Assembly (NCBI GenBank): GCA_964401715.1
Contig: CAYNZV010000001.1
Coordinates: forward strand, 7,649 to 71,648
Reading direction: 5' to 3'
Length of the DNA: 64,000 bases
From: an uncultured Gemmatimonadaceae bacterium
Lineage (GTDB): Bacteria; Latescibacterota; UBA2968; UBA8231
This document shows positions 8,826 to 18,157 of this stretch, piece after piece; within the stretch, counting starts at the first letter, position 1; each line of letters begins with the position of its first letter. A model generated the notes under the pieces. The model was given only the letters and a program-made list of their open reading frames with translations. It was not told the origin of the DNA and searched no databases. The translations under genes were made by a program, and so were the position numbers.

Positions 8826-10232
8826 ATGACACTGAGCAGACGCCAATTTCTCACGAAGTCGACCGCTGCGACGGTGGGTTTCCTCGGTTTGCGGCACCTC
8901 ATCGCTGCCGGGTATACCAGCGCATCGACCGCGCACCACCTCGCGTTTCCTGATCTGATTCCAGATCCGGTAGGCTTGGTTGACCTGTTGCCTGGGTTTG
9001 ACTACAGCGTTGTTTCCGTGGCCGGACGACAGATGGACGACGGCCTTTTGGTGCCAGCCGGTCAGGATGGAATGGCTGCTTTTGCGGGCCCGCAGGGAAC
9101 AACGGTATTGGTCTGTAACCACGAGCTTAGCCAGAACTCTACGGGCAATGGGGCGTTCGGTGACAACAACGAATTGATGAGGGAGGATCGTTGGGAAAGT
9201 CTATTCGACGCTGGTCGACGATCGCACCCTTGTCTGGGCGGCACCAGCACCATGACATACGACACGAGATCCAACAGGCTCCTTCGTCACGAGCTGAGCT
9301 TGGCGGGAACGGTGCGCAATTGCGCCGGTGGCCCAACACCTTGGAACAGTTGGATAAGCTGCGAGGAAACAACGCAGACAACCGGGGAGACCTACGGTCA
9401 GGACCACGGTTACAACTTCGAGGTGCCCGCCCTCGAGCGCGGTCTCGCCAACCCCAATCCGCTAAAGGCCATGGGGCGTTTTGTGCACGAAGCAGTGGCG
9501 GTGGATCCGGCTACCGGAATCGTCTACCAAACTGAGGACCGATCCGACGGGTTGTTCTATCGCTTCATTCCAAACCGAAACGGCGCACTACACGAAGGTG
9601 GGAAACTGCAGGCTCTTGCCACTTGGGATGCAAAGAGTCTGGACACCAGAAACTGGGATGTTGAAAACGTGCGCACGGGGGGACCTATCCCGTCGCGTTG
9701 GATCGATATCGACAATGTCGAGGCGCCCAATGACGACCTTCGTTTTCAGGGTTTTGCCAAAGGTTGCGCCCGCTTTGCCCGAGGTGAGGGTATTACGTAT
9801 GGGAACCGCGCCCTCTACTTCGTCTGCACTAATGGCGGCAACGCGTTAAAAGGCCAAGTGTGGCGCTATGTGCCCAGCTCCCACGAAGGTCGTCCGCAAG
9901 AAGAGCAAAACCCGGGAACGCTCGAGCTCTTTATAGAACCGAACGATTCCAGTTTGGTAGACAATGCGGACAATGTCACGGTTGCTCCGTGGGGTGACCT
10001 GATTCTCTGTGAGGATGGTCCAGAGGAGCAGTTCTTAGTCGGGGTGACGCCAGCCGGAGAGATCTACAAACTGGCGCGCAATGCGATGAACCATTCGGAG
10101 TTTGCCGGAGCGACATTTGCTCCCGACGGCTCTACACTCTTTGTGAACATACAGTGGCCAGGAATGACCCTGGCGCTGCGCGGCGATTGGGAGTCGATTG
10201 CAGAAAACTCGAAACGTGCCAATGGTTCGTGA
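8826..10232 (+). CDS. Tat-exported DUF839 / PhoX-like beta-propeller protein
   Basis: Twin-arginine leader MTLSRRQFLTKSTAATVGFLG. DUF839-type blocks are present: PTPWNSWISCEE, GRFVHEAVAVDPATGIVYQTEDRSDGLFYRFIP, GEGITY, and EFAGATFAPDGSTLFVNIQWPGMTLALRG. Confidence 0.75.
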   Translation: MTLSRRQFLTKSTAATVGFLGLRHLIAAGYTSASTAHHLAFPDLIPDPVGLVDLLPGFDYSVVSVAGRQMDDGLLVPAGQDGMAAFAGPQGTTVLVCNHELSQNSTGNGAFGDNNELMREDRWESLFDAGRRSHPCLGGTSTMTYDTRSNRLLRHELSLAGTVRNCAGGPTPWNSWISCEETTQTTGETYGQDHGYNFEVPALERGLANPNPLKAMGRFVHEAVAVDPATGIVYQTEDRSDGLFYRFIPNRNGALHEGGKLQALATWDAKSLDTRNWDVENVRTGGPIPSRWIDIDNVEAPNDDLRFQGFAKGCARFARGEGITYGNRALYFVCTNGGNALKGQVWRYVPSSHEGRPQEEQNPGTLELFIEPNDSSLVDNADNVTVAPWGDLILCEDGPEEQFLVGVTPAGEIYKLARNAMNHSEFAGATFAPDGSTLFVNIQWPGMTLALRGDWESIAENSKRANGS

Positions 10233-10320
10233 AATCCTTATCATTGGCCGAATATATGATGATAGTATCTTCGCGATCCAAGCGCTCTGAGCGACAGAAC
10301 AATGAAATACGGTCTGGAGT

Positions 10321-11304
10321 GTGACCATTGAAAGGAGGACTGACATCATCAAGGTAGCTGTGATTGGCTGCGGGGGACGCGGAAAAGGCGAGCTGCGTGC
10401 CATCTCTGCCTTTGAGGATGTGGAGGTAGTTGCCCTATGCGATCCCGTTCCGGAGGCGTTGGCACAAGCAGGGGAAGAATTCGAGGTCCAGAGGCGGTAC
10501 GAGTCGATCGAAGCGTTACTGGATGCTGGAGGCATTGATGCGGCGTTTGTTACCACGCCGGCGCACCTGAATGCACCTTCAGCGTTGCCCTGTCTCGAGG
10601 CTGGCGTGCACATTCTGGTCGAGAAGCCGCCAGGTATGCGAGTGGATGAGACCATCGAACTTCGGGAAACCGCAGAACGTACTGGAGCCAAAGCAATGGT
10701 GGGGTGGCAACGGCGTTTCAATCCGTTCATTGTGGAAGCGCGTCGGAGGGTCGAAGAGCGGGGTCCCATCGTCCAAATAGTGGGGGAGTTTCACAAGAGC
10801 GTAACCTGGTTCGAAGAGTCGGGGATTTACCCGGAGGCCGTGCTGGATAGATTGCTGATGGAATCTCCTATTCACGCTATCGATTGCATCAGGTGTCTGG
10901 CAGGGTCTGAGGTCGCCGAGGTCCACAGCGTCGTGCAGCGCCGCTTTTCGAAATACAACGATCTGCACGCAGCACTGGTGGTGTTCGAAAATGGTTGTGT
11001 GGCTCAGTTCGGTGCGAACTACACCGGTGATGGCCGCCTCGAACGCTACGAAATACACGGACAAGGCATATCGGCTTATCTGGAAGGGATAAAAGGCGGT
11101 TACGTGTTAGCCGATGGGAAGCGCGAGGAGTTGTATGCCGAAGGGGATGCAATCCACCTCAAGGATGCGTTCTTCTTTGAGTGCTTGCGCGATGACCGAC
11201 CTATTGGTCCCCCTGGTGCGAATCTCGAAGAAGCGGTGAAGTCGATGGAGCTCGCCGAAGCTATACTCGCCGGTTTGCGAGACGGCCAAGCTGAGAGGGC
11301 CTGA
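10321..11304 (+). CDS. Gfo/Idh/MocA family NAD(P)-dependent oxidoreductase
   Basis: IKVAVIGCGGRGKGEL Rossmann start, then VTTPAHLNAPSALPCLEAGVHILVEKP (the EKP motif). Confidence 0.8.
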   Translation: MTIERRTDIIKVAVIGCGGRGKGELRAISAFEDVEVVALCDPVPEALAQAGEEFEVQRRYESIEALLDAGGIDAAFVTTPAHLNAPSALPCLEAGVHILVEKPPGMRVDETIELRETAERTGAKAMVGWQRRFNPFIVEARRRVEERGPIVQIVGEFHKSVTWFEESGIYPEAVLDRLLMESPIHAIDCIRCLAGSEVAEVHSVVQRRFSKYNDLHAALVVFENGCVAQFGANYTGDGRLERYEIHGQGISAYLEGIKGGYVLADGKREELYAEGDAIHLKDAFFFECLRDDRPIGPPGANLEEAVKSMELAEAILAGLRDGQAERA

Positions 11305-11358
11305 AGTCTGAAATGCCGCCATTTCGTTTTCAGCTTGCCAACGGCAGTTATTCCATGA

Positions 11359-11574
11359 GCCGAGACCTTTCGTTCTGTAATTTATGAAGTAATTACACTA
11401 ATTCGCCGCGCAGCTCCTATTCAGTACGCCTTCCTGTTGTTTGTGAATTACCCGAATCCTTTCAATGCAGCAACGGCGATTCCATTCATTCTGGAAACGG
11501 AGACTGAGCTATCGCTACAGGTATTCGACGCCTCAGGCCGGGTCAAGCGGTCGCATATTTCTACCATTTCATAG
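11359..11574 (+). pseudogene. Orphan, truncated T9SS-type C-terminal sorting-domain fragment
   Basis: The frame reads ...PIQYAFLLFVNYPNPFNAATAIPFILETETELSLQVFDASGRVKRSHISTIS*. It has the NYPNPFN signature and the first strands of a T9SS/FlgD-Ig-like C-terminal domain. There is no start codon or upstream protein body (in-frame stop at 11356-11358), and the domain ends prematurely. Confidence 0.55.
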
Positions 11575-11659
11575 TTGCCCCCAGCGTAAATCACGGTTGA
11601 TGCTTGTGTTGTGATAGCGGATTCATCTTAAAGCATTTTATGAGCGGAGGGCGAGTTGA

Positions 11660-12409
11660 ATGAACAACTTGGAAGAAATCCTCGACGAGTTAGAAACGGA
11701 AGGGTTTGTCACGATCCACGGTGCCCTCGGCCCGGATCAAACGGAGGAGGTCCGCACCCACATCAACGCGGCGCGGGAAAAGGGATGGCAAGATGGGCTC
11801 AACGAGGTCGGGAACATGTGGTTCGACAGCTTGCTAGATCGCGAGCTCGAGGTCTTTGGCCCCCTCGTCGGCCACGAACGCGTGCGACCTGTTCTCGAGG
11901 GGTTGATGGGGCGGCAATGCCAGCTGCGCAGCTTTCGAGCCCACATCAATCCGGGACCGTATCATCAAGAATGGCATCTGGATTTCTACGGCTACTGGCA
12001 AGAACAGCGGCGAGCCGAAAACCACCGGCTCGCGGCACCTCCTGTCGCAGTGAACACCACCTTCTACTTTCAGGACAATGCCCCCGGAGTTGCTCACCTC
12101 AAGTTCATCAAACGTGGGCATACCTTCGAACCCGAACACATGCAGCCGTTCGATCGGGCGCTATTCGAGGAATGGTGTGAGGCACAGGAACACGTGATCG
12201 TCTACCCCAAGGCGGGGGATTGCGTCGTTTTCCTCAGCCATATTCCTCATCAAGGGGTCAAGGAAGACGATGACGTGGAACGTAGCAACGTGGTCTGCCA
12301 TTACCAGCTGACACCGATGTACGAGGGTATCTGGTTTGTCTCAACCGTCCGGGGTTACGCCGGCACCTTCCCATTCGCTCAGGAAGCTCGGCCTAGACAG
12401 CATCGTTAA
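11660..12409 (+). CDS. PhyH-family Fe(II)/2-oxoglutarate oxygenase, copy 2
   Basis: LETEGFVTIHGAL, WHLDF, and VVFLSHIPHQG. GGAGGG RBS upstream of ATG 11660. Confidence 0.7.
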   Translation: MNNLEEILDELETEGFVTIHGALGPDQTEEVRTHINAAREKGWQDGLNEVGNMWFDSLLDRELEVFGPLVGHERVRPVLEGLMGRQCQLRSFRAHINPGPYHQEWHLDFYGYWQEQRRAENHRLAAPPVAVNTTFYFQDNAPGVAHLKFIKRGHTFEPEHMQPFDRALFEEWCEAQEHVIVYPKAGDCVVFLSHIPHQGVKEDDDVERSNVVCHYQLTPMYEGIWFVSTVRGYAGTFPFAQEARPRQHR

Positions 12410-12533
12410 TGCCTTCTGGAAGCAGATTGCGTTTCACGCGCTAGCAGCGCTCAAGTCTCTGCGTGCCACCGGCAACTACCGCTGTCGGTGGCCCCTCTCC
12501 AATAGACGGCGCTGGATGTCCGCTCGAACGGCT

Positions 12534-13379
12534 TCAGGTGCGTATCTCGTCAATCCGCAGCGAAGTGATCAAGGACTCCACTTTTGCTTGATCGTGCTGT
12601 TCGAACGGAATTGCAACTAGGTTCGATCCGTCGGCCCGCAGTTGCCGGTTGACGGCATGAGCCGAGCCGTCAAAGACGGCAATGACCCGTGTGTGCCGGT
12701 TTAATTCTCTGATCCGATATATCTGCACCAGCTCCTCTAAGGGAACCTGGCCAGGAGCCACCGCCGCGCCAAAGCTGGCGTAGGTAATCGGTGAACCAAA
12801 AACCGTTGCCAGGATGCGACTGCAAGTTCCAGTCGCACCCATGGCGAAGCCAATACGACATGTACAATCGTCTCCAGCTTCGACCCAATGCAGCATGCGG
12901 ATACAATCGCTGAGCGTTGAGGCCGTAGGCACGATCTTGACTGCCGCAGGGCCCCGCGCAAGCATGCGGCTACTGAGGTGCGCCAACTCGGCTTCCTTCG
13001 GCATGTCGTCAAAATCGTGATAGCTTAGCACCATCGGCACTTTTTCGGCGAGCAATCGGTCAGCTGCCTCGGTGTCTAGCTCCAGATCGACGACGTCGGC
13101 GCCAGCGGACAAAGCCTTTTGGTTGATCGAGATACGATCTTCTTCGCTACCATCGAACTTGCCACCGTGGCTTGGATGTCGCAGGGTGAACAGGCAAGCT
13201 AAGTGCTTCTGTTTCGACTGGCGTACAATATCCATGACGCTATCCGTCGACAAACCGCGATCCAACAGCAAGTCGGCTCTTATTTCGACACACTGGAGGT
13301 CCTGTTGGACGGCTAATTCGAGCTCATCGGTAGGGTCGGCGATAATGCCGATGACGCCTTGTAAAGGAAACTCATTCAT
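12534..13379 (-). CDS. aroD: Type I 3-dehydroquinate dehydratase-like protein with a short C-terminal extension
   Basis: VEIRADLLLD, LFTLRHPSHGGKFDGSEEDR, GADVVDLELD, VLSYHDF, and AAVKIVPTASTLSDCIRML (the Schiff-base Lys context). These match the type I DHQase pattern. Confidence 0.65.
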   Translation of the reverse strand: MNEFPLQGVIGIIADPTDELELAVQQDLQCVEIRADLLLDRGLSTDSVMDIVRQSKQKHLACLFTLRHPSHGGKFDGSEEDRISINQKALSAGADVVDLELDTEAADRLLAEKVPMVLSYHDFDDMPKEAELAHLSSRMLARGPAAVKIVPTASTLSDCIRMLHWVEAGDDCTCRIGFAMGATGTCSRILATVFGSPITYASFGAAVAPGQVPLEELVQIYRIRELNRHTRVIAVFDGSAHAVNRQLRADGSNLVAIPFEQHDQAKVESLITSLRIDEIRT

Positions 13380-13560
13380 GACAGCGATATAGTAGCGGTA
13401 ATATAGGGTGCGATCTACGCCCTGACAGGTAAACTGCGAATTTTAGAACAGTTTTGGACAATTTTGACATTTTGTTGTAAATTAGTCATGAGGATAGTAT
13501 CCCACTTCTTCGGTGACACATGTGCACGTCGCCGGCTAACCACTACTACTGAAGCTTCAC

Positions 13561-15645
13561 ATGTCACGCGAGCCAGCACCACAACGAGCCAAGGTTTCTT
13601 TCGGTCAGGCGATGGGGATGGTCGGCCAGTATGCGGTTGACAAGGTCGTCGAGCAGATCCGCTGCGTGGCACTTATCGTTGTCTATCTTGTGTTGTTTCA
13701 GCTGGTGGTGCTCGGTATCCCGATCTCCAACGCCATAACCGTCGCGCTGGGCATAGGTGTGGTTATCATCGGCCTGGCGGTGTTCATGGAGGGGTTGTTT
13801 CTGGGGCTAATGCCGCTGGGGGAAGTTTGTGGCGTGATGCTGCCCCAAAAGACGAAATTACCCGTTATCCTGGTTTTCGCCTTCATCCTCGGGATGGGAG
13901 CAACGTTTGCCGAGCCGGCCATCGCTGTGCTCAAAGCGGCCGGTAGCTCGGTGACGGCGTGGAACGCGCCGTTGCTGTTTCTGCTTTTGAACAAAAATTC
14001 AGGTATCCTGGTTTATGCGGTTGGTGGTGGTGTTGGCCTCGCGGTTATGTTCGGTATGCTGCGCTTCCTATATCACTGGTCGCTCAAGCCATTCATTTAC
14101 GTGCTTTATGCAGTCATCGGCGGCGTTTCGATTTGGGCTTTCTTCGAGCCCAATCTCGTGCATATCACCGGCCTGGCGTGGGATTGTGGGGCCGTGACAA
14201 CCGGTCCGGTAACGGTGCCTTTAGTGCTGGCATTGGGGATCGGCATATCTAGGGTGGCTTCCAAGGGAGAGGGGGGCACTGCCGGTGGTTTCGGCGTGGT
14301 GACGTTGGCGTCAGCCTTCCCGATTATTGCAGTACTTGGCCTCGGGATATGGATGCTGCCGGGTACGCTACGGCCCATGAGCGATGTCGAATTTTCGAGT
14401 GCTGCAAATCGTGCTCAAGCCGTGCAACTGTTCGACAACGAAACCAAGCTGACGGCTTATGTGCTCGAAAAGGGAAGTTCGCAAGCGCGCGCTACTTTTT
14501 TCGGTGACGAGGAAGCGCTTGATGATGAAATAGCCAGACTTGCTGAAGATTCAAACGAGCAAACGGCAATGTTCGGCAGCACATCGTCGTTTGAACGTTG
14601 GTTGCTAACCAGTGCCAGCTACGAGCAACGCTTGCTTGTCTACAAAACAGCGGAACGTGTTATAGAGAAGGAGGGGGAGCTCGGTGGCGCGGTGGACGAA
14701 CAGGTCGACGCCATTGAACTACTTAGTGCGAATTTTAAGGCAGCTGTGATTGCGATCGTGCCCTTAAGTCTATTTCTCATAGTCGTCCTCCTGATCGTTT
14801 TGCGGGAAAAGATGAGGCGGGCTGATGAGGTGGTCCTGGGGCTCGTGCTTGCCGTGCTAGGAATGACGTTGTTTGGCATCGGAATCCAGCTTGGTTTGTC
14901 CCGCTTAGGAGACGAGATCGGCAGCAACTTGCCGTCTTCATTCCAAGCGGTGGAGATGGGTCAGGAAAAGACGGAGATTCGCAATTTCGATCCGGCCATT
15001 GTATCTCGGGCCATAACACCGGAAGGAGAGTTGGCCGAGTACTTCACTAGCAAGACCGAGGACGGGTACGAAGTGTTGTCATACTCGTCGGAAAACTACG
15101 ACGCTGCCAGCCGACTTTATTCTTTCACGCCGCTTCGAGGGCCATTGTTCGAAGGTTTTGCCGGCGTGTTGGTGGTCGTGTTGTTCGCTTTCGTTATGGG
15201 CTACAGCGCAACGCTGGCGGAACCGGCCTTGAATGCCTTGGGCATAACGGTGGAGAAGCTGACTGTCGGTACTTTCCGTAAGACACTTCTGATGCAAGCA
15301 GTTGCCATCGGCGTAGGCGTCGGAATCGCTCTTGGCGTTGCCAAGATTATCTACGGGTGGCCACTAATCTGGATGTTGCTGCCGCCCTACGGAATTTTGA
15401 TGGTGCTCACGGTGCTCTCCAGCGAGGATTTCGTCAACATCGGATGGGACAGTGCCGGTGTAACCACCGGACCGGTAACGGTGCCACTGGTCTTGGCTAT
15501 GGGGTTGGGTATCAGCGCTCAGGTCGGCAGTGTGGAAGGGTTCGGCATCCTTGCCCTTGCTTCGGTCTGTCCGATCCTTGCCGTGCTTGTGGTAGGTCTG
15601 TACGTCACCCGACAGCGCCGCGAGGAATTGGAGTCGGCATCGTGA
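13561..15645 (+). CDS. Fused double-DUF1538 integral membrane protein (putative transporter)
   Basis: 694 aa and highly hydrophobic. Two copies of the DUF1538 signature (WDCGAVTTGPVTVPLVLALGIG and WDSAGVTTGPVTVPLVLAMGLG) are separated by a soluble acidic linker of about 120 aa. Confidence 0.8.
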   Translation: MSREPAPQRAKVSFGQAMGMVGQYAVDKVVEQIRCVALIVVYLVLFQLVVLGIPISNAITVALGIGVVIIGLAVFMEGLFLGLMPLGEVCGVMLPQKTKLPVILVFAFILGMGATFAEPAIAVLKAAGSSVTAWNAPLLFLLLNKNSGILVYAVGGGVGLAVMFGMLRFLYHWSLKPFIYVLYAVIGGVSIWAFFEPNLVHITGLAWDCGAVTTGPVTVPLVLALGIGISRVASKGEGGTAGGFGVVTLASAFPIIAVLGLGIWMLPGTLRPMSDVEFSSAANRAQAVQLFDNETKLTAYVLEKGSSQARATFFGDEEALDDEIARLAEDSNEQTAMFGSTSSFERWLLTSASYEQRLLVYKTAERVIEKEGELGGAVDEQVDAIELLSANFKAAVIAIVPLSLFLIVVLLIVLREKMRRADEVVLGLVLAVLGMTLFGIGIQLGLSRLGDEIGSNLPSSFQAVEMGQEKTEIRNFDPAIVSRAITPEGELAEYFTSKTEDGYEVLSYSSENYDAASRLYSFTPLRGPLFEGFAGVLVVVLFAFVMGYSATLAEPALNALGITVEKLTVGTFRKTLLMQAVAIGVGVGIALGVAKIIYGWPLIWMLLPPYGILMVLTVLSSEDFVNIGWDSAGVTTGPVTVPLVLAMGLGISAQVGSVEGFGILALASVCPILAVLVVGLYVTRQRREELESAS

Positions 15646-15667
15646 TACACCGTTTTTCGAGATAATC

Positions 15668-16762
15668 ATGGAAACCGCAAAAGCTGCCCAGGTCATCTGC
15701 ACAGTCTACAGTCCGGTTACGGAGACGGTGATCGATACTCTGAAGGCGCTGGATGTCAAGCAATACCACTTGGAGCCCAGCCGGGCTGTGGTGCTGCGCC
15801 GGCGAACCGGGGTCATGGGTATCGGAGCCGGCATAGTGCTGGAAGAGCAACCAGCGGACAAGCTCCTGTTCCACGTTCCTTTGGCCGATGGGAAGTCGGT
15901 AGTCCAGGCGTTGGTGGCGGCATGTGATCTCCATGTTCCGGGACACGGCAGCGCTGTGTACGAGGAGGTCGAGATCGGTCTGGATTCTGCTTGGCAAGAG
16001 CAGCCGGTGACTCCGGTTTCCGGCACGGAGACCGTTGTTACCGAGGAGAAGCTGACCAGCTTGACCTGTACGGTGGAGAACGGACGCGGCGACCGCATCG
16101 TCAAGGCGGTGCTTGGATTGGGTGTTCCCATGCCACAGGTTACTACCGGCGAAGGTACCGGTGTCAGGGAGAAGCTCGGACTGATTCGCGTGGCCATTTC
16201 GGCCGAAAAAGATGTGGTACATGCGGTGGTCTCGGAGCACGAAGCCACCGACATTCTGGGTTCGCTCGTCGATACTGCCGGGTTGGATCGCGTAGGTGCA
16301 GGATTTATCTATGAATCGCCCATCGCTGGCGGGGTGATCAACAACATGGTCATTCGCGGTCAACGGCATTCTGCCAGCATCGAACAGCTCATCGGCGCCG
16401 TCGACAAGCTGATGGGTTCCACAACCTGGCGAAAGCGCTCGCTTGGCGATGATGATCCCGCCAAACGACACAAATACCTCCACGATTTGGTCGGCCTGAC
16501 CCTCATCTGCAATGAAGGTCGCGCCAGCGATCTGGTGAGTGCGGCGCTGGCAGTGGGTGCCGGAGGAGCAACCATCAGTAAAGCGAGGTATGCGCGCTTG
16601 GACGAGACGGCTACGCCGGTATCGGCTGCGCGAGAGATGGCCGACATGGTCATCGGCAAGGACATCGTAGAAGAGGTCTCAAGCAGCTTGGTGGCAGCCG
16701 GCGTATTCGAAAAAGAAGCGGCGGGTTTTGTCGCCTTCAAGCCGGTGATAACTGCGCATTAG
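15668..16762 (+). CDS. Three-repeat P-II-like (ferredoxin-fold signal-transduction) protein, a possible single-chain pseudo-trimer
   Basis: 364 aa with three segments of about 100-110 aa, each with a beta-alpha-beta-loop-beta-alpha-beta pattern. Example: VICTVYS..VTETVIDTLKAL..YHLEPSRAVVLRR[loop]LLFHVP..GKSVVQALVAAC..GSAVYEEVEI. The other two segments start at LTSLTCTVE... and LVGLTLICN.... Sits 22 nt downstream of the DUF1538 gene, a known DUF1538/P-II neighbourhood. Confidence 0.55.
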   Translation: METAKAAQVICTVYSPVTETVIDTLKALDVKQYHLEPSRAVVLRRRTGVMGIGAGIVLEEQPADKLLFHVPLADGKSVVQALVAACDLHVPGHGSAVYEEVEIGLDSAWQEQPVTPVSGTETVVTEEKLTSLTCTVENGRGDRIVKAVLGLGVPMPQVTTGEGTGVREKLGLIRVAISAEKDVVHAVVSEHEATDILGSLVDTAGLDRVGAGFIYESPIAGGVINNMVIRGQRHSASIEQLIGAVDKLMGSTTWRKRSLGDDDPAKRHKYLHDLVGLTLICNEGRASDLVSAALAVGAGGATISKARYARLDETATPVSAAREMADMVIGKDIVEEVSSSLVAAGVFEKEAAGFVAFKPVITAH

Positions 16763-16935
16763 TAAGCTCAATCTGATTGTTCCCCTGAGACTACATTTCT
16801 AAAACAACTGATCCGGTGACGCTAGGGCCACGGTGTCGTCCGTGCCTCGCTACTATCCTAAAGTAGCGCGCGGTCAAATCTTAAAGCGGAGGCCGGTACT
16901 TCGGGTCTGGCTCGGGTGTTCCGAAAGAATGTATC

Positions 16936-17139
16936 GTGCTCTTTCAAAGAAGCCCCTTGGTTGCTTCACATTTGTCAATTATCTCCCGACGCGAACCCTC
17001 TGATATAATTGTCTGCCCGGATTGCCGAAACGAACAATTAGAAAACGATTCGGATAACTATATGGGCACGAGTTGCGGCATACGATTCCAGATTCTTGGA
17101 GCCATAGCGTACTTCGGGAAGGTGGTGTGTAGTGCCTGA
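16936..17139 (+). CDS. Small Trm112/zinc-ribbon-like protein (tentative)
   Basis: IIVCPDCRNEQLENDSDNYMGTSCGIRFQILGAIAYF resembles the Trm112p-like CPxC...C motif. Overlaps the next gene by 8 nt. Lies in the low-GC island. GTG start. Confidence 0.35.
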   Translation: MLFQRSPLVASHLSIISRREPSDIIVCPDCRNEQLENDSDNYMGTSCGIRFQILGAIAYFGKVVCSA

Positions 17140-18157
17140 GCGAATCGTTCTTTCGGTCGCATGCGATACAGACCCGGATTTCAATCCACCATTCAGAACC
17201 GCGGATTCCGCGTCCGTCGACGATAGCTTGTGGGGGGGTATCAGTGAAGGGATTGGGATACTTCGCCAGCACCTGATGTCTTCTTCTCTCAGTAACGATC
17301 TCAGATCGTTGCCCATTACCTGGCTTTTACGCTCGGACCGTCAAATACATGAGATGTATGGCGATCCTGCGTATTGCCTCACCAAGTTCGAGAGAATCTG
17401 GGACTCTGAACGGGCACTGAACAGTGAGTTGGGTTGGCATCCACATCTGTATCGCTGGAATGACGAGATTGGTGAATGGCTACCATTTTTGGGAGCCTGT
17501 GATGACCTTCAGATTCTATCCGAATGTCTTGCCGCGTTACGTCAACATTGCGAAATAACGGCTGTCCGCACGGGTTGGGATTATCACTCAAACGATCTGA
17601 TGAATCTGTTCGATGCAAGCGGTCTTAAAGTCGACGCTTCGGCATTACCCGGGTGCTCTCAAATAGGCCTTTGGTTTTACGATTGGAGAAGTACCGGTCG
17701 AGATCCCTATTACCCTTCTAAAACTGACTACAGAATCCCAGGAAATGAAGATGAGGAATCCTTGAGTATCCTCGAGATGCCGGTGCTGGTAAGGACGTTG
17801 TCACACCCTTTTCACCAAATCCGCTGGGTGGTGCGCAATCTAAGGGGGGTGTGGTACAAGTTCGACCTTCGGCTTCTCGATTGGAAATCTGCAAGATGGC
17901 AAGGTTTGATGATAACCGGACCTAGATCAGCATTCCGAAGTGCCGTCGAGCAAACGTTTCAGGTGTTTTCAGGAGCGCCAGACATTTTCCTTAACACCTA
18001 TTTCCATACAAATGAACTCCTCATTCCAGAATTTTTAGAGAGGCTGATCTTAAACTTAGGTACCATCGACCGTTTAAGCCGCGAGCGTGGCATCGAAGTG
18101 GTACCTACAACCTTGACACGCTCTGCGTCGATGGCCCAAGATGTCTGTTTCCGCTGA
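17132..18157 (+). CDS. Hypothetical protein, possibly of the polysaccharide-deacetylase-like (glycoside hydrolase/deacetylase) fold
   Basis: 341-aa ORF with coherent coding character in a low-GC segment. Weak resemblance to CE4-like proteins (IVLSVACDTDPD, WHPHLY, VRTGWDYHSNDLMNLFDASGLKVDASALPG). The function is not secure. Confidence 0.5.
   Translation: MPERIVLSVACDTDPDFNPPFRTADSASVDDSLWGGISEGIGILRQHLMSSSLSNDLRSLPITWLLRSDRQIHEMYGDPAYCLTKFERIWDSERALNSELGWHPHLYRWNDEIGEWLPFLGACDDLQILSECLAALRQHCEITAVRTGWDYHSNDLMNLFDASGLKVDASALPGCSQIGLWFYDWRSTGRDPYYPSKTDYRIPGNEDEESLSILEMPVLVRTLSHPFHQIRWVVRNLRGVWYKFDLRLLDWKSARWQGLMITGPRSAFRSAVEQTFQVFSGAPDIFLNTYFHTNELLIPEFLERLILNLGTIDRLSRERGIEVVPTTLTRSASMAQDVCFR

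Noticed and set aside
8298-9122. 274-aa minus-strand ORF spanning the amidohydrolase / DUF839 junction
   Set aside because: It overlaps two motif-supported plus-strand genes and the intergenic region, and it has no recognisable domains.
10035-10769. 244-aa minus-strand ORF
   Set aside because: It is antisense to the DUF839 3' end and the Gfo/Idh/MocA 5' end, with Ser/Arg/Ala-rich shadow-frame composition.
15605-16483. 292-aa and 182-aa minus-strand ORFs over the P-II-like gene
   Set aside because: These are shadow frames antisense to 15668..16762. They have low-complexity composition and no start context.
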